A stretch of DNA of 64,000 bases, from NCBI GenBank assembly GCA_020137815.1, contig CM035359.1, forward strand, positions 2,666,001 to 2,730,000, in the 5' to 3' direction. The position numbers and the translations under genes were made by a program. Below are positions 23,978 through 37,667 of this stretch, in pieces (within the stretch, counting starts at the first letter, position 1; each line of letters starts with the position of its first letter). Under the pieces are notes generated by a model. That model did not search any database. It was given only the letters and a program-made list of their open reading frames with translations, and was not told where the DNA came from. Source of the stretch: Hormiphora californensis. Lineage: Eukaryota > Animalia > Ctenophora.

Positions 23978-24775
23978 GGCAATTTTGCATTTGCGGGCAT
24001 CGCACTATAGACGCATTACCCACGTACTATAGACGCATTATAAACGCATTATAAACGCATTATAGACGCATTATAGACACACGCAATATAGACGCAATTT
24101 CGTAAGCAGCACTATAGACGCAATATAGACGCATTATAACAGCAATATAAACGCATTTTTATAGACGCGACGCAGTATAGCCGCATTATAGGCGCACTAC
24201 CCACCCCAAAATCACCTTATAGACGCACTATAGACGCATTATAGACTGACTATAGCAGCACCATAAACGCTACATAGACCCATATAGACGCATGATAGAA
24301 GCATTATAGACGCAAATCGCTTTTTATAGACGCCGCGTCTATAAAAAACGTGCTTTTTTAAGAAGCACTTTAGACGTACTCCAGGCTACAGTGCGATATT
24401 TGAGGCGCAGTTGGGCGTTTTATAAACGCATTTTTGTCGCATATAAAAGGAAGCAGTACAGACGCATTATAGCCGCATGTGTGCGAAATCGATAAAGACG
24501 CAATATAGACGCAAAATAAAAAGGAGAGGGAGAGAGAGGCGAGGGAGGGAGGGAGAGGGAAGGAGAGGGAGGGACTGAGGGAGGGGTACAGGGACAGAAA
24601 CAGACGGATAAAGACCTGAAACAGAAGGACAGAGTAAGATGGAAAGAGAGTAAGATGGAAAGATAGTGATATAGGGACGGCGTGAGACATAAAAAGAGTG
24701 AGACAGAAAAAGACAGAGATGGAAACAAACGGACAGAGATCCAGACGGACGGACAAACACGCGCTTACTATCTCC

Positions 24776-24806
<31 letters not shown>

Positions 24807-25509
24807 CACTCTCCATCTTAATCTCTCTCCATCCGTCTGTCTCAGATCTGTGTCCATCTGTCTCTGTCTGATCTGTCTCTGTATCCCTCCCTCTTTCCCT
24901 CTCCTTCCCTCTCCCTCCCTCCCTCCCTCCCTCTAGTCTCTCTCCCTCTCCTTCTTATTAATTGCGTCTATATTGCGTCTTTATCGATTTCGCGCACATG
25001 CGTCTATAATGCGTCTATAATGCGTCTATACTGCTTCCTTTTATATGCGACAAAAATGCGTTTATAAAACGCCCAACTGCGCCTCAAATATGGCAGCGTG
25101 CGTCTGAGTACGTCTATAGTGCTTCTTAAAAAAGCACGTTTTTTATAGACGCGGCGTCTATAAAAAGCGATTTGCGTCTATAATGCTTCTATCATGCGTC
25201 TATATGGGTCTATGTAGCGTTTATGGTGCTGCTATAGTCAGTCTATAATGCGTCTATAGTGCGTCTATAAGGTGATTTTGGGGTGGGTAGTGCGCCTATA
25301 ATGCGGCTATACTGCGTCGCGTCTATAAAAATGCGTTTATATTGCTGTTATAATGCGTCTATATTGCGTCTATAGTGCTGCTTATGAAATTGCGTCTATA
25401 TTGCGTGTGTCTATAATGCGTCTATAATGCGTTTATAATGCGTTTATAATGCGTCTATAGTACGTGGGTACTGCGTCTATAGTGCGATGCCCGCAAATGC
25501 AAAATTGCC
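23978..25509. mobile_element. Mutator/foldback-type non-autonomous element with ~540-bp TIRs and a 9-bp TSD
   Basis: GGCAATTTTGCATTTGCGGG...CCCGCAAATGCAAAATTGCC flanked by GTAAAACGC at 23969-77 and 25510-18. Arms are built of TATAGACGC subrepeats. Confidence 0.9.
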
Positions 25510-25749
25510 GTAAAACGCCTTTTAATTCCATTATTTCGATATACTGCGAGTTCCGGAGCAAGCTAAAGCAAATATAATATTTCTTCGAGAATTTTTCGAT
25601 AGCCGATACCCGAAATATGCACCCATTCGAATTATGCAGTCTACTTTCCACATGTCATATTATTTTGAATCAAGAAAGTTGTGTTAGTAAAACATTTAAC
25701 AAGATAAAGGAAGATACTATCAAAAACTCGTCAAGTCTGGGCCGGGGAT

Positions 25750-28700
25750 TTTAATAAAGACTAATAATGCTTGCAATTGAAAATAAAACGTAAAAATAGG
25801 GGGATTTTAAATTAAATGGTGGTGGGTCTTTTAATACCCAAAATACTTTTTGGAGGTTTCGGGCCAGCTGTAAAAGGGGCAGGAAAACCCCCAAAGGGGG
25901 TTTAGCCCCACTTTTACAGTTAGTGGGGGAAAGGGGATGAAAAAAGGGGAAAAGGGGGAAGAGGGAAGAGAGAAGAGAAAGAGAGGGGAAGGAAAAAGGA
26001 AAAGAAAAGGGGAAAAAAAAGGGGAAAGGGAAAAGAAGAAAGGGGAAAAGAAAGGGGGGAAAAGGGGGGGGGGAAAAAGGGGGGTTTTTAAAATTTTCCC
26101 CCTTTTCCCTTTTAGTGGCAAAGACAGAAAAAAGGTAATCCCCCCCATAAACCAAAATTTTTTAGCGGAAGGGTTTATCCCCAATTTTAAATTGTTTGGG
26201 AAAGACCACCACCCATTAAAAAACCGATTTAAGAAAAAAACCAAATCGAATGACCATTTTACAAAAAAAACTGAAATTGTAAAAAAATAAAAATTTTTAG
26301 GATAAACCTAAAATTTCTGAGAATCGTGGTAAATTTACGGAAAATCTGAAAAACCTAATCCCCCCTTAATCAAAAAGAAACCAAATAAAAAAAAAGGCAG
26401 TTGTTTCAATTTATTTTCTGCCCCCCAAGGAACAAAAGGAGTTGGGACACAAAGTGCTACCCGTGTTGAAAAAATAATCAAATTTTAAGGAATTTTGGGA
26501 AAAGAATTAAAGGAGGGGCCCTCTTTGTGCGGATGGGGTTTTTCTCTCTTTTCCTCCTCTCCTCTCTCCTTTCTCTCTTTTTTCCCCGTTTTCTTTTTCC
26601 TTTTCCCCTTTCCTTTTTCTTCTTTTGTTTCCCTCCCTTTTTTCCCGGCCCCCCCCCAAAGATCTTTTCCTTTTTTCCCTTTTTAATGACCCGCATGTAC
26701 TCATTTTTTCCAGAAAAGGGTTTCAGCTAAAATTTTCCGGGAAAGGGGCCCCTAACTTTTATTCCTTAAAAAGGTTTTTTGGGGGCTAACAAATGGGGGT
26801 AAACTAAAGTTTACAGGGGACGAAAAGACCGTCTCGGGGCCCCCCCATCGGGGTTTTAAATTGGGGAATTTCGGGCATGCGTTTTTCCCATTTTTATTGA
26901 AAAAACGATGGGGGAAAAAGATAAAATGCGGTCAAAATCGATCACGATGAGTTTTAGTGGCCGACGTGTCTGGTCCCCGATAAAAGACAAAAGGGAATGG
27001 CGGCTGAGCTGCGGTGACCCTTGAGCGAAAGAGAAAGAGCTTTCCAGAAACAGTCTATCTCTCTAGTAGCTCCCCCCCCCCCCGTTCCCCTCTCTTCTCT
27101 CTCTCTCTCCCCTCTCTCTTTTCTCTCTCTCTCTTTTCTCTCTCTCTCTCTCTCCCCCTCTCCCCCCCACGGAAAGGAGATCAGTCAGAACAATAGGAGG
27201 GAATCGGCCGACAACAAAATGAACACACCCGGAACAGCCCAATACCTCCTGACAGTAGAGAGAGAGAGAGAGACGAGAGAAGAGAGAGGGAAAGAAAGGG
27301 GAAGAGGGGGGAAAGAGAAAAAGAAAGAGAGAAGATATTAAGAAATTTAAAGAGTTTGAGAGATAGAGAAAAAGAGAAGGGGAGAGAAAGGAAACTAAAG
27401 GTTTCCAAGGTTTTTTTTTTTACGTTTTTTTGCCCCACCCCACCCCCCCGAGGGATTTTTCCCATTAGGGGGTGGGTCCTGGTTCTTTTTTTCCCCGGTG
27501 CCCCCCCCCCCCGTGGTTCCGGGTCCCTTTGTTCCCCCCCGGTTACCCCTTTCCCCCCCCACCCCCGCCCCCCCCCCCCCAATTGGGGTTTTTTTTGTTT
27601 TAAACCAAGGGAAAAAAGTTTTTTTCCAGAAAGGGAAGGAAAGGGAATAAATTTTTTTTAAAATTAAGGCTTCCAATAAAAGGGAGGTTTGGGAAATTAA
27701 AACTTTTTGGTTTTTTGCCCTTTTCTTCTTTAAATTGCGACGGACCATTATCTGATTAGGGGGTTTCCCAGTTTTTAAAATAAATAAAAATTGCTAAAAT
27801 AGAATATACCCGGGAAACCGAGGGGGGACAAAAGTAAAAAACCCAAATTAGAACTCTTTTATTTAGGTCATGTTGGTTACCGCCATAAAGGAACCAGATT
27901 TCCTGTTTGGGGGGCGGTTCCGGGAATAAAATGCTAGATATTTAAGGGGCAGGCGAAAAAAAACCTCTCCCTGCAAAACCCTCCCAAACAATGATCCATT
28001 ACTTTCTGAGTAAAAAGGGGTTGTCTTTTAATCTAGAAATTTTTTACTGTCTCCTTCCATCTCTCTTTTCCTTTTTTTCTCTTTTTTTCTCTCTCCCCCT
28101 TTTCTTTTCTTTTTTTCTTTCCCCTTCCTTTTCTTTTTTTCTCTCTGCTTTTTCTTTTTCCCTCCTCTCTCTCTAATCTTTTTTATCCCCCGGTCATTTA
28201 GGTTTTTTTTTTTTTTTGGGGGGGGGGAGCAAAACCCCCCAAAAAAATTTTAAACCACTTTCCCCCTTTGGGATCACGGGGGAAAAGAGGGGTGGGAGAG
28301 GGGAAAAAAGGGATGGATTATAGAAAAAATTGGGGAAAAAAAATATCAGAGAAAAAAAAAGAGAGAGAAAGATGGTGGGAAGAAGTTTAGAAAAGAACTA
28401 ATACCTAGAGCATACACGCAGAAAGAAAGAAGGGGGCTATCCTGGGGTACTAATCAGAGTTGTGGAAGCCACAAACCATCCTAACGCTTGTCACGTGACT
28501 GATCACAACTAACCAATCACAGACCCGGAACCAAGGTCACGTGGAGGTCACCAACCAATCAGGGGGGGAAAGGAATGACAAAACAGTTTTAAACCCCGGG
28601 GCCCTACTTTTTTTTTCCCTACAATACCCCCCAAATGAAACAAAGTCATTAAAGGCGGAAAAATTAAACCCCAACCCACATCCCCCTTTTTTATTGTACG

Positions 28701-30620
28701 CTCTCTCTATCTATCTATCTCTATCTCTCTCTGTCCCTTTTTCTCTCTCACTCTCTTCCTTGTTAAACCTAAAGGGTACTTTATCTCCAATCCTTTCTTT
28801 TACCCCTAATTTTTCTCTCTTCCTCTACTTTCTGACCCTAATATACCACCCATCTCCAGACTGGATTCAGGTTCTAGAAAACGGCAAAAGACATAATTCC
28901 TTGTGTGGAGGTAGACTAGGCGGGGGTAAATTTTTCCCGCATTTTCCCGGGCGCCTGGGTTCCAAACGCTCGTTTTGGCTGTCATTTTTTTAATTTCCCT
29001 TTTTTTTTTCCTCCCATCCTTCGCTTTGAAGTTTTCCGATGACAAACAAGACAGAAAAACCCCCAAACATAATAAAAAAAAATTTTCGTATAAAAAATCA
29101 TTAAGGGCGGCCTAAGTTGTCTAAAGAATTTAGGCTATCCGCTAAGGCGATAAATTGGTGATAAATTGGTTCAGGGTCCCTAAAAAAAAACTAAACTAAA
29201 TAGGGGGCCGGGTCCGAACATTAACAGGACACCCAAAGAGGGAGAGAGAGCTAGATGCGAAGAGAGGAGGGAGGAGCAGATTGGGACTTGGGGAGGGGGG
29301 AAAATTTACAGGGAAACCACATGGAAATTTTAAACCAATGGGAACAATTGTTTTTTTGAATAAGAAACAAAGAGAGATATCTGTATCATCTGAAAGGTGT
29401 ATCACTACTAGAATGAGCAGAATTGTCGATATCAATTGAAGCTTCAACTGGTATCTACAATCCTAAACCATTAATCTATAAAAGAAGGGTGAATACTGTT
29501 TACCTAGGGCCGATACTGGGGGAATACGGCACAATAAAAAAACACAATCATTTAGGTAGAGCATAATGGAGAAGAGGGGTAAAAGGAAAAAAAGGGGGAA
29601 GATGAAAAGGGGGGGGGGGGGGGGGGGGAAGGAAAAAGAATTTGTCGGCATACGCTTTGAAGACCAGCAGATTGATAGGTAGACAATATCAACCATTCGG
29701 CCTCCAAGAACAAAAAGAAATTTTTGCAAAAATTGCCCCCTAACTCTGATCAAAAAGGGGCCCTAATCTGTCTGGAAAACAGGACTTTTGTACAAAAAAG
29801 CTGTCTGATCATTTCGTCATTGTTAATGGTGTAAGAAAAATGTTTATCTTTTAGTACTGGACGACGGGACATGACAATTACCGGGTCAGGGGTTAAATTT
29901 TGGGATTTGACAAATTGTGGATTTTTGAAAAAAGGGGAAAACAATCCGTGTGGGAGCAGGAAGAGAGAGATGGTCGAACAAGACAAGCCGGGTATAACTG
30001 TAGAATTTACTGATCTAAAAACTACTTGCCGGCTAACATTTTTCCTTTCAAACTGCAATTTTTTTCCCCCCCCCATCATCCCCTTTTTTCTTTTTAAAAA
30101 TTTTTTACTTTTTAACAAAACTTACTTGCAAAAAACTATTGTAAAAACCTTCAACAGTTTCCTCTCTCTTTCCCCACAAACGGAAAAGTACGGGGTTCGA
30201 GACAGCCCAATAAACCTCACTAAAGTGTTTCATGCTATTCTTTTCTGTCACCTTTTCTCTTTTTCAACCCCTCTCTCTTTTCCTTTTTCTTTCCTTCTCT
30301 CTCTTTCCTCTTTTAATTAAAACTCGCCTCTTTTCCGTCTAAATTTCCCTCTTTTTCCTTTCTCTGGGCTGCTTTTTTTTAAAAAATCTAAAAAACCTTT
30401 TTTCCCGACTTTCCCCGGTTTTAAACTAAATGGCGAATCATTGAATTAAAAATTTAATTAAAGATCTCCCCTGGAAATAATAGTAAAACTTTTTTGAATT
30501 CGGGTCAGGGAAAATAGGGCCCTGGGAAGACATCCCCCCTTTTGTATAATGGGGTTAAATAGGATTTATGCCCTCTACACCCCCCTCCCTCTCTCTTCCC
30601 CGTCCTGGATATAACCCCCA
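25750..30620. other. Low-quality, homopolymer-inflated consensus
   Basis: Same signature, with abrupt boundaries against clean sequence. Confidence 0.75.
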
Positions 30621-30624
30621 ATGC

Positions 30625-31286
30625 CCTCCCATCTCGGTTGTCTGCTGCTCTCCCATCTCGTTGTCTGCTGCACTCCCATCTCAGATGTCTGCTGCACTCC
30701 CATCTCGGTTGTCTGCTGCACTCCCATTCTCGGTTGTCTGCTCACTCCATCTCGTTGTCTGCTGCACTCCCATCTCGGTTGTCTGCTGCACTCCCATCTC
30801 GGTTGTCTGCTGCACTCCCCATCTCGTTGTCTGCTGCACTCCCATCTCGGTTGTCTGCTGCACTCCCATCTCGTTTGTCTGCTGTACTCCATCTCGGTTG
30901 TCTGCTGCACTCCCATCTCTGTTTTCTCTGCACCCCATCTCGATTGTCTCTGCACTCCCATCTCGGTTGTTTGCTGCACTCCCATCTCGGTTGTTTGCTG
31001 CACTCCCATCTCGGTTGTCTGCTGCACTCCCATCTCGTTTGTCTGCTGCACTCCCATCTCGGTTGTCTGCTGCACTCCCATTTTCGATTTGTCTGCTGCA
31101 CTCCCATTCGATTTGTCCTGCTGCACTCCCATCTCGGTTTGTCTGCTGTACTCCCATCTCGGTTGTCTGCTGCACTCCCATATCGGTTGTCTGCTGCACT
31201 CCTATCTCGGCTGTTTGCTGCACTCCCGCCATCTCGGTTGTCTGCTGCACTCCCATCTCGGATGTCTGCTGCACTCCCATCTCGGT
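30625..31286 (-). repeat. 24-bp coding minisatellite (ATGGGAGTGCAGCAGACAACCGAG)n = (MGVQQTTE)n
   Basis: In frame with the GPCR tail at its start. It becomes indel-rich toward 30625. Confidence 0.95.
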
Positions 31287-33284
31287 TATTACTTCGTCTG
31301 CTGCTGCCTTTTCATCGATATCCTTGATAAGTTGTAACAGAACCAACTGTGACTTCATTTCTTTGATGCTGAATGCTATGTCCCTATCCCGCAATTTAGG
31401 CTGACGTGATAGCGGCGACTTGTTACCTCTAACAACAAACAGTTGGTTCCTTTCAACAGTCGAGAGCTCTGGGTGCTTTGTGGTCTGTGCTCTGAGCTCT
31501 CGTTTCATGATGGTCATACCAATTTCCTCTTTCAATGGGTGAACCTTATTCTTGAAAAGATTCGAGATTTTCATCCTTAGATACTGCAATCCCTGGATAG
31601 GTTTGCTGATGGCATATTTAACGATACACCGATCGTATAGCAGAGGGTTGATGACTGAGTTGATAGGAAGAACGACAGTGGAGAAGTATATATACCAAGG
31701 GGAGGCATCAATCACCTCACCCCAGTGTAAAAATGAAACCATACAGAGAGGGATCCAACAGAAGAAATCAGTAACTATAATAGCCGTGACTTTATTTTGC
31801 AGTGTTTGTATATTCCTCTTGATCATCCTGTTGTTTTGTGCCACGTTTCTAGCAGACCTCTTGCTTTTGATCGCCAAGCCAATATAACTTCCAGTAATGA
31901 ATATGAAGCATAGAAAGTTGATGATATTGATGGCCATTGAGAAGGCCCATTGGGGATCATTTCTCGTGACAAGGTACTTGAAGATGCACACCCCATCGTT
32001 ACCATAGAAGCTCAGCACTGCACTTGGAACACCTGGAAATATTGAAAACTGTTAAACAAGTATTGCCTACAAATGAATTTATTTTAGTTTCACAAGGTAT
32101 ACGATTTAAATCGGACCCCCATTTGCCGCATTTCTCTGGTTTTTGGACCAGAACAGTTGTTGAGGTCCAATAAACGAGGTTTTACTTACCTCCATGATCA
32201 AAAGTAAACATATTTTTTGTTGCCTCACGGATTTCTTTCCACGTCATCTTTTCTGGGTGTCCTGGGCTCCTTGCGTTGAATGTCGCCACATGTCGTGCCT
32301 TGTCAATTGGTCCCAAAAATAGTGGTGATTTGTCATAGTAAAGTCCGTTGTTGAAATAATCGTCGAAAATAGGCAAAATGGGGGACACCGCCACCGCAAT
32401 GCTAGCCAGAATGGGTGCAAGGATCAACAGGACGATCTTTAAAATCGAGTTTACAGATCGCAACCCTGTTTGAATCATTCTTGAAGAATTTCTGAGACGG
32501 ACTAAACTCAGAAGAGTCATTGCAAAAAGTGACATTTGCGAGCCAATGGTACTAACAATACCGAGAACGATGCACCCTTTGGAGGTTAGCCACTGGAATC
32601 TCTTCGCACAGTAGTCCCCTGACATTCGTTGAGTATGATCCTCAACCGATATCCCGATGAGATAGAAGCCAATAAGAATATCTCCCATACTAACTAGAAG
32701 TATGGTGACCCGATTCATTTAAGGTTTCCAACTTTTTCTTTCTACTGCAGCTCCACGCGGATCGTATAACCGTCACCATGTTAAAGAGGGTGGCTAGAGT
32801 TCCAAATATGTAACAGGAACACCTGACATAGTTGTTGGCTAAGATATTTTTGTTTTTGCTAGGGCATTCCTCTTGGCATTCATCAGATTAAGGTCACTGC
32901 ATTCAATTTTCCATTACAACGGGACGATTTGGGAAGTTTGACACCACTGCTTGTGCAATTGAAGAGTGATACAGTTTTTCCTCGTCAGATCCATCCTTGC
33001 AGTAGTCTCTCAAGTTGCACACATCCCTGTACAAGACGCACCTCTTGTTCGCCACAGGGAAGTACCGCTTTCTAGTAAGAGAGTGATGAGAGGAGCGAAA
33101 GAGTGAAAGTGTAAAAAAGCTGCAGTGTTCAAGCCAGAAAATTACCTCACTGTGTTGCCCGAGCAGCTAAAAGAGCTGTCGTCAATTAGTTTCCGCCCTG
33201 TGCGTTGATATCTACCTCTTGAAGTGAGCAAACATGAGGGAGATATTGAGAAACGAGGATATACGTGAAAGTGAGAACGTACAT
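30625..33284 (-). CDS. LDLa-containing rhodopsin-class GPCR (GRL101/LGR-like, no LRRs), frameshifted in this sequence, with a minisatellite-encoded C-tail
   Basis: Exons 33284-33146 (MYVLTFTYILVSQYLPHVCS signal; FSC), 33071-32190 (CVLYRDVCNLRDYCKDGSDE LDLa, a second LDLa, TM1-4: LSMGDILIGFY, GCIVLGIVSTIGSQMSLFAMTLLSLVR) and 32032-~30625 (FYGNDGVCIFKY, TDFFCWIP, LPINSVINPLLY). Several indels occur in 32720-33200 (pseudogene or consensus error). Confidence 0.85.
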
Positions 33285-34015
33285 GAAATCTAGAGAAAAA
33301 AAAGAGATACAGAGGGACAGCGAGATACTGAAACGATTTTAGTAAAATAGAGAGAGCTGCACTGTATAGAAAGTTAAGCTTGTTCTGGATCCCATTAGGT
33401 CCACCCCCTTTCACATCTGTACCCCATTAGCCCTAATAATCCATTGTTACTTTTTGCACCTTTTACAAGTTTTACCAACAAAATGTTTGTAAAGTTGACA
33501 TCATTGCCGGATATGTCGCTTTTAGGCACACATTCTTTTGCCCGCCAAAATGTTTAGTTTTAGAAGCGGCTGCTGCACCACCCCTGTTTTTTGCCTCAAA
33601 CAAATTAGGGACTGGGCAATTATTTTGCACTCCTGAAGCAACACCTTCTATGTGGCGGTGGTAGGGGGCTTGGTAACATATTGTTGTTCAGTTACCCGGG
33701 GAAATTAATTAATTTGTCAGCGAAAATATTAATTTGTCGGCGAATTATTTAATTAATCTGTTTTTGGTAACATCGCACTTTAATTTTGGTTCTGGAAGGG
33801 CTACAAAATACAAAGCCATGGGTGCATTAGTTTATTTTCAGAATCGCCACATCTCTATTTCTGATTACACTTTCACATTTTTGAAATTTCGTCCCATGTT
33901 AAAAATGGCCAACATTTGGGGCCTCTTGTATCTGTGGGCATGTTTTGAGACATCGAGTTTGTGTATCATGCATACGCTAATCAGTGCTCCACGCATTGCT
34001 AGTTAGAGGGATTGG

Positions 34016-34519
34016 ATGCAGCAGACAACCGAGATGGGAGTGCAGCAGACAACCGAGATGGGAGTGCAGCAGACAACCGAGATGGGAGTGCAGCAGGCAA
34101 CCGAGATGGGAGTGCAGCAGACAACCGAGATGGGAGTGCAGCAGACATCTGAGATGGGAGTGCAGCAGACAACCGAGATGGGAGTGCAGCAGACATCTGA
34201 GATGGGAGTGCAGCAGACAACCGAGATGGGAGTGCAGCAGACAACCGAGATGGGAGTGCAGCAGACAACCGAGATGGGAGTGCAGCAGACAACCGAGATG
34301 GGAGTGCAGCAGACATCCGAGATGGGAGTGCAGCAGACAACCGAGATGGGAGTGCAGCAGACAACCGAGATGGGAGTGCAGCAGACATCCGAGATGGGAG
34401 TGCAGCAGACAACCGAGATGGGAGTGCAGCAGACAACCGAGATGGGAGTGCAGCAGACAACCGAGATGGGAGTGCAGTAGACAACTGAGATGGGAGTGTA
34501 GAAGACAACCGAGATGGGA
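34016..34519 (+). repeat. Second array of the same 24-bp unit (~21 clean copies) in the opposite orientation
   Basis: Identical unit, including the TSE variant. Confidence 0.95.
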
Positions 34520-35319
34520 TTTAAATGTAGACGCGGAAGATCAGCGGTCGAGATTGAAAAATTCTAAATTCTAAATTTTTTTATAACAGCAATTTGAGTG
34601 ACGAACTGATGAGATAGTACGACAATCAAGAAGGACTGAGTGAGAGTGGGTGGTATTTGAGAATGTGGCCGGTGGCGTGTGCTATATTTTTCGCTCAAGT
34701 TATTACACTATGTATCATGATATGTTCGCGAAAGAGAGTTGATTATGAAATAGTGTGCTAGCTGTTTCATTTTCAAACAATGCAACTCTTCAACGGGTCT
34801 ATGAGATGTGAACTGTTTATGTCCTGTTTTATTTTTTCTGTATTTTGGCTCGTGGCGAGCAGAAGTGTGAAGCACGTTTTGGGTTTTTTCATAGCACGAG
34901 TGTTTTCTATCTATTGGACTTTTAAACCATCTTTTTAGAGTTTCAGGACTCTATCTCAGTCTGTTATGTTTTCAGTTACCGATAGTTATGTGGGCCGTTG
35001 TTTTTTTCTTTACCATTTTTTTGTGTGCAATATTAAGGATTAGTCGGCAGGTCTATTCAAGTATGTTAACCGTTCAGATCATCCTTCAGTGACAGCAACA
35101 GTTCTACTGCTCTGTCCCTGTCGGATATGGGCGGAATACAAACATAGTTATTATTATTATTATTATGTAATTTAGAATATATTTGAGTTTGGATATGAGA
35201 AATATAGGGTAGGCGGGGGTAATTCGGGTCACCTTTTTGATTAAAGTGGTATTCCCTAGGTTGTGGCAGAATGTCTGCACATAAAATCTATTCAATTTAT
35301 CCAATGTGACACTTGTTAA

Positions 35320-37023
35320 CCCTTTGAGGCCCATAGTGATTGGCTGAACGAAATTTTCTAATTTTTCCCAGATATACCCAGCATGATACTCTAAGATTAG
35401 GGGAAAGATAGTTTTTCAAATCGGTTCATTACTTTTTCAGATACAGCATGGGTCATATATGACCCTCTGGGTCGTTTGGGAAGTTAAGAATTTCAAGCGG
35501 CCTAGGGGTCCTCCATATGCTTTCCAAGCCATAAAATCTGGTTAGTCAGTGCCCTAGAGATGAAACGAGTTGACAGGAACCGTTACATGATCTGAATTGA
35601 CTAATTTCTCTAATTAGGGGTAGGTTTCAGGTTATATGACACTCTGGGTTGTTCATTGCACATCACCTCACATGTGTTATTCAGGCTTTGGACGCTGTTT
35701 ATGATCAAATAAGATGCCAAACCCGCAGTAAATCATCACATTAGTGGGGGTAGAGCATTAAGTTAAGTCCCTATCTCGACCCCTTATCGAGATAATTAGG
35801 TAATTATGTCATTATCATCATGTGCATACCTCCAGATTTGGGAAACGTTTTGGGGCAAATGAGGGTACTAAAACGTGTAGAATCATCGCATTAGTGGGGG
35901 TAGAGCACAAAATTGAGTCCCTATTCCTACTTCTAACTGATATAATTGGATAATTGTATAATTGAAGGTTGTGCAACTACCATGCTTCACCGAAGCGCAA
36001 GGTAGGATCATCCCTACAGCCTAATAACCCTCATACTTGACCCAAACCTATTTTAAAGTAATAGGAACTTCACCGTTAGGATACAACCTGATGCAGAAGT
36101 GATGTATGATCAGGACCAGCCTGAACCGTGCGCTTCCGTGAAGCATGGTAGTTGCACAACCTTCAATTACCTAATTATCCAATTATATCAGTTAGAAGTA
36201 GGAATATAGGGACTTAATTTTGTGCTCTACCCCCACTAATGCGATGATTCTACACGTTTTAGTGCCCTCATTTGCCCCAAAACTTCTCCCAAAACTGGAG
36301 GTATGCGCATGAAGATAATGACATAATTACCCAATTATCTCGATAAGTGGTCGAGATAGGGACTTAATTTGATGCTCTACCCCCACTAATGTGATGAATT
36401 ACTGCGGGTTTAGCATCTTGTTTGATCATAAACGGCGTTTAAAGACTGAATTTAACATGATAGGTAGTTTTCCGTGAACGACCCAGAGGGTCATATATGA
36501 CCCTAAACCTAGACTAAATCGTAGAAATCGGTCAATACGGTTCATGAAACGGTTCCTGTGGACTTGTATAATCATTAGGGCACTGACTAACCAGTTTTTG
36601 AGACTCTGAAAGCATACGGAGGACTCCCAGGCCGTTTGAAATTCTTAACTTCCCAAACGACCCAGAGGGTCATATATGACCCGAAACCAAAAATTGAGTT
36701 TTCTCAGTCAAAAATGAATATTTTTTGATGCCGTTTGTTCTAGCAGCTCCATTTAATCTACTAGTATATTATTCTAGAAGGAAATTAGTTTAGGATAATT
36801 CATCAGGAAATGAGACCTAATTAGAAAAAATGACCGAAGTGGGGTTCATTTAGTCCTAATTAGGAACTTCCTCATACAAGTTGGCATGAAAATGTCCCGA
36901 TTTTTAGATAGAGAATCGTTCAAGCTACCACCTGGCATTTTATTTTAGGCCAAAACTTTATCAGGCTTGTCGCTAGGAAGCCTCAAACTTTTGGACATAT
37001 ATGACCCTCTGGGCCTCAAAGGG
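35320..37023. mobile_element. piggyBac-type non-autonomous element nested in the 35207-38490 element, with an internal ~550-bp inverted repeat
   Basis: TTAA-CCCTTTGAGGCCCA ... TGGGCCTCAAAGGG-TTAA. Internal arms ~35451-36000 and ~36128-36682. Confidence 0.9.
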
Positions 37024-37667
37024 TTAAGATATTTGGACTGTTGAAGTTTTCAAATCCAACCTTTTTCACACATAAAAAAGCCCACGAAATCGTTAGTTTG
37101 CGTATTGTTGGTAATTCGGGTCAGTGGCTAAATCGGGCCACGCGCGTATTCAGCCAATCACAGCCCTCGCAAACAAACACGTGACCAAATGACCCGAATT
37201 ACCAACACATCGTGTTGCCGCTGAAATCATGCGGTTAATTCGGGTCAAGTGTTTGTAATTCGGGCCAGCTGTTGGTTGGCTGTTTAAGGGGCCTCTAGGG
37301 GGCCTCTAGGGGCCCTAGAGGCCCCCAGAGGCCAACTTCCTAGCACAGAACCATCTACAAAGCGCCCTAGGATCTGTCAGAGCATTGGCCTGACCCTATC
37401 AGCTGGGATTATCTCAGGAAATACCGGTCCCTGATTGGCTGATAACCAGTCACGTGACCTAAATAACGAGTTCTGATTGGTCAGAGCATTCGCCTGACCC
37501 TATCAGCTGGGATTATCTCAGATGAAGCTGTAAGATCTGAACTGAAGCTGAGTATGGGGGAAAACTCAAAACGGAGATCATTCCGACCAGTTGCCTAACC
37601 CACGAATCTACAGCAAGCAGACGTTCAATTTCCCCGATAATTATAGAATGGATTGAGAGAGAACAAC

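Noticed and set aside
33984-34574. ORFs (CSRQPRWE)n and (SAALPSRL)n as independent proteins
   Set aside because: Alternative frames of a stop-free 24-bp repeat.
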